Made by a program: the position numbers and the translations under genes. DNA of 64,000 bases from assembly GCF_001194135.2 (NCBI RefSeq), contig NC_069000.1, positions 26,887,536-26,951,535 of the forward strand. The letters are read 5' to 3'. Of the stretch, positions 62,541 to 64,000 are shown one piece after another. Source of the stretch: Octopus bimaculoides. Lineage: Eukaryota. The stretch's first letter is position 1, and the number at the start of each line of letters is the position of its first letter. The notes under the pieces were generated by a model. It did no database searches, had not been told where the DNA came from, and saw nothing but the letters and a program-made list of their open reading frames with translations.

Positions 62541-63646
62541 TCATTATTGTCATCATTATCATTTAATGTCCGCTTTCCATGCTGGCATGGGTTTGATGGT
62601 TTGACTGAGGACTGGCAAGCCAGGAGGTTGTACCAGGCCCCAATCTGATCTGACAAGGTTTCTATAGCTGCATGCCCTTCCTAATGCCAACCACTCCGAG
62701 AGTGTAGTGAGTGCTTTTTATGTGCCCCCCTGTGCTGGCATCAGCCACACTCAAATGGTGCTTTTTACGTGCCATCGGTGCTGGCATCAGCCATGCTCAA
62801 ATGATGCTTTTTATGTGCTCCCGGTGCTGGCATCAGCCACACTCAAATGGTGCTTTTTATGTGCCATCGGTGCTGGCATCAGCCATGCTCAAATGGTGCT
62901 TTTTATGTGCTCCCGGTGCTGGCATCAGCCATGCTCAAATGGTGCTTTTTATGTGCCCCCAGTGCTGGCATCAGCCATGCTCAAATGGTGTTTTTTATGT
63001 GCCCCCAGTGCTGGCATCAGCCATGCTCAAATGATGCTTTTTATGTGCTCCCGGTGCTGGCATCAACCATGCTCAAATGGGGCTTTTTATGTGCCACCAG
63101 TGCTGGCATTGGCCACGACTACGATTTCACTTGACTCAACAGGTCTTCTCAAGCACAGCACATTGCCTGACAATTGAAGGGTACTTCTAAATGGGCCAGT
63201 TATGCTACACTGGCATCAGCCATGACTATAATCTCACTTGACTTGCTGGGTCTTCTGAAGCACAGCATATCTCTAAAGGTCTCGGCTGCTTGTCATTGCC
63301 TATGTGAGGCCCAACATTTGAAGGTTGTGCTTCATCACCGCGTCCCATGTCTTCCTGGATCTACCTCTATCACAGGTTCCCTCCAGAGTTAGAGATCAGC
63401 AATTCTTTACACAGCTGTTCTTGTCCATTCACATCACATGACTATATCTCTTGCACACCACACCTGATGCCTCTTATGACTAACTTTTCTCTCAAGATAC
63501 TTACACTCTGTCAAACATGCACAGTGACAATGCACATCCAGCGAAGCATACTGGCTTCATTTCTTTCAAGCCTATGCATATCCTCGGTTGTCATAGCTGA
63601 TGTTTCACTGAGCCTACGCATGTTCTCAGCTGTCATAGCCCATGTT
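62541..63646 (-). mobile_element. RTE-clade LINE, 5'-truncated
   Basis: WAMTAE.MRRL...EASMLRWMC motif; same 3' terminus as the other RTE copies. Confidence 0.88.
62733..63110. repeat. 46-bp minisatellite (8 units plus a partial) in the RTE 3' UTR
   Basis: tgctggcatc starts every 46 bp from 62733 to 63101. Confidence 0.95.
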
Positions 63647-63766
63647 GAATATATATATAATATACATATATACATATATATATGTACATGTATATATGTA
63701 CATATATATATGTGTATGTGTGTGTATGTGTACAATGTCAGTGCTTACCATTAGAGTGTATTTAAT

Positions 63767-63960
63767 GCCAGTGTCACCTGTCTGGCCCTCGTGCTGGTGG
63801 TACGTAAAAAATACCCACTGCACTCTCAGAGTGGTTGGTGTTAGAAACTTTGCGAGATCAGATTGGAGCCTGGTGCAGCCTCCTGACTTGCCTTGCCTCA
63901 GTCAAACTGTTAAACCCATGCCAGCATGGAAAGTGGACGTTAAACAATGATGAAGATGAT
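63767..63960 (+). mobile_element. Short 5'-truncated RTE 3' end
   Basis: cccatgccagcatggaaagtggacgttaaacaatgatgaagatgat terminus. Confidence 0.8.
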
Positions 63961-64000
63961 ATACATGTATGACGACGATATATATATATATATACATATA

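Noticed and set aside
62733-63110. 46-bp array as a CRISPR array
   Set aside because: Units are contiguous with no unique spacers, lie inside a LINE 3' UTR in eukaryotic DNA, and no cas genes are present.

Overview
AT-rich, microsatellite-dense animal genomic DNA with many N gaps. The repeat landscape suggests an octopod cephalopod; this is inference and was not database-checked. Most of the window is decayed transposable elements: RTE-clade LINEs, a CR1 LINE, two Tx1-clade (L1-like) LINEs, several Penelope-like elements (PLEs), Tc1, maT/DD37D and hAT DNA transposons, and tRNA-derived SINEs. There is one long host-type ORF (25098-26966, 622 aa) and a few candidate exons. The main discovery is a set of type I hammerhead ribozyme motifs in two contexts. 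First, a ~349-bp non-coding tandem unit carries a minimal hammerhead with a palindromic ACUAGU stem III and looks like a retrozyme (51988-52174, 60439-60785, 60801-61239). The two diverged Tx1 LINEs sit inside this array at one site, bounded by a 16-bp target-site duplication 10 nt from the hammerhead core, which suggests a LINE family that targets ribozyme repeats. Second, three PLE copies have inverted pseudo-LTRs carrying hammerheads of different sequence families. A 6-bp-TSD foldback MITE with inverted telomeric repeats interrupts one Tx1 copy. No ribozyme activity, expression or family assignment was tested; all calls come from reading the sequence.
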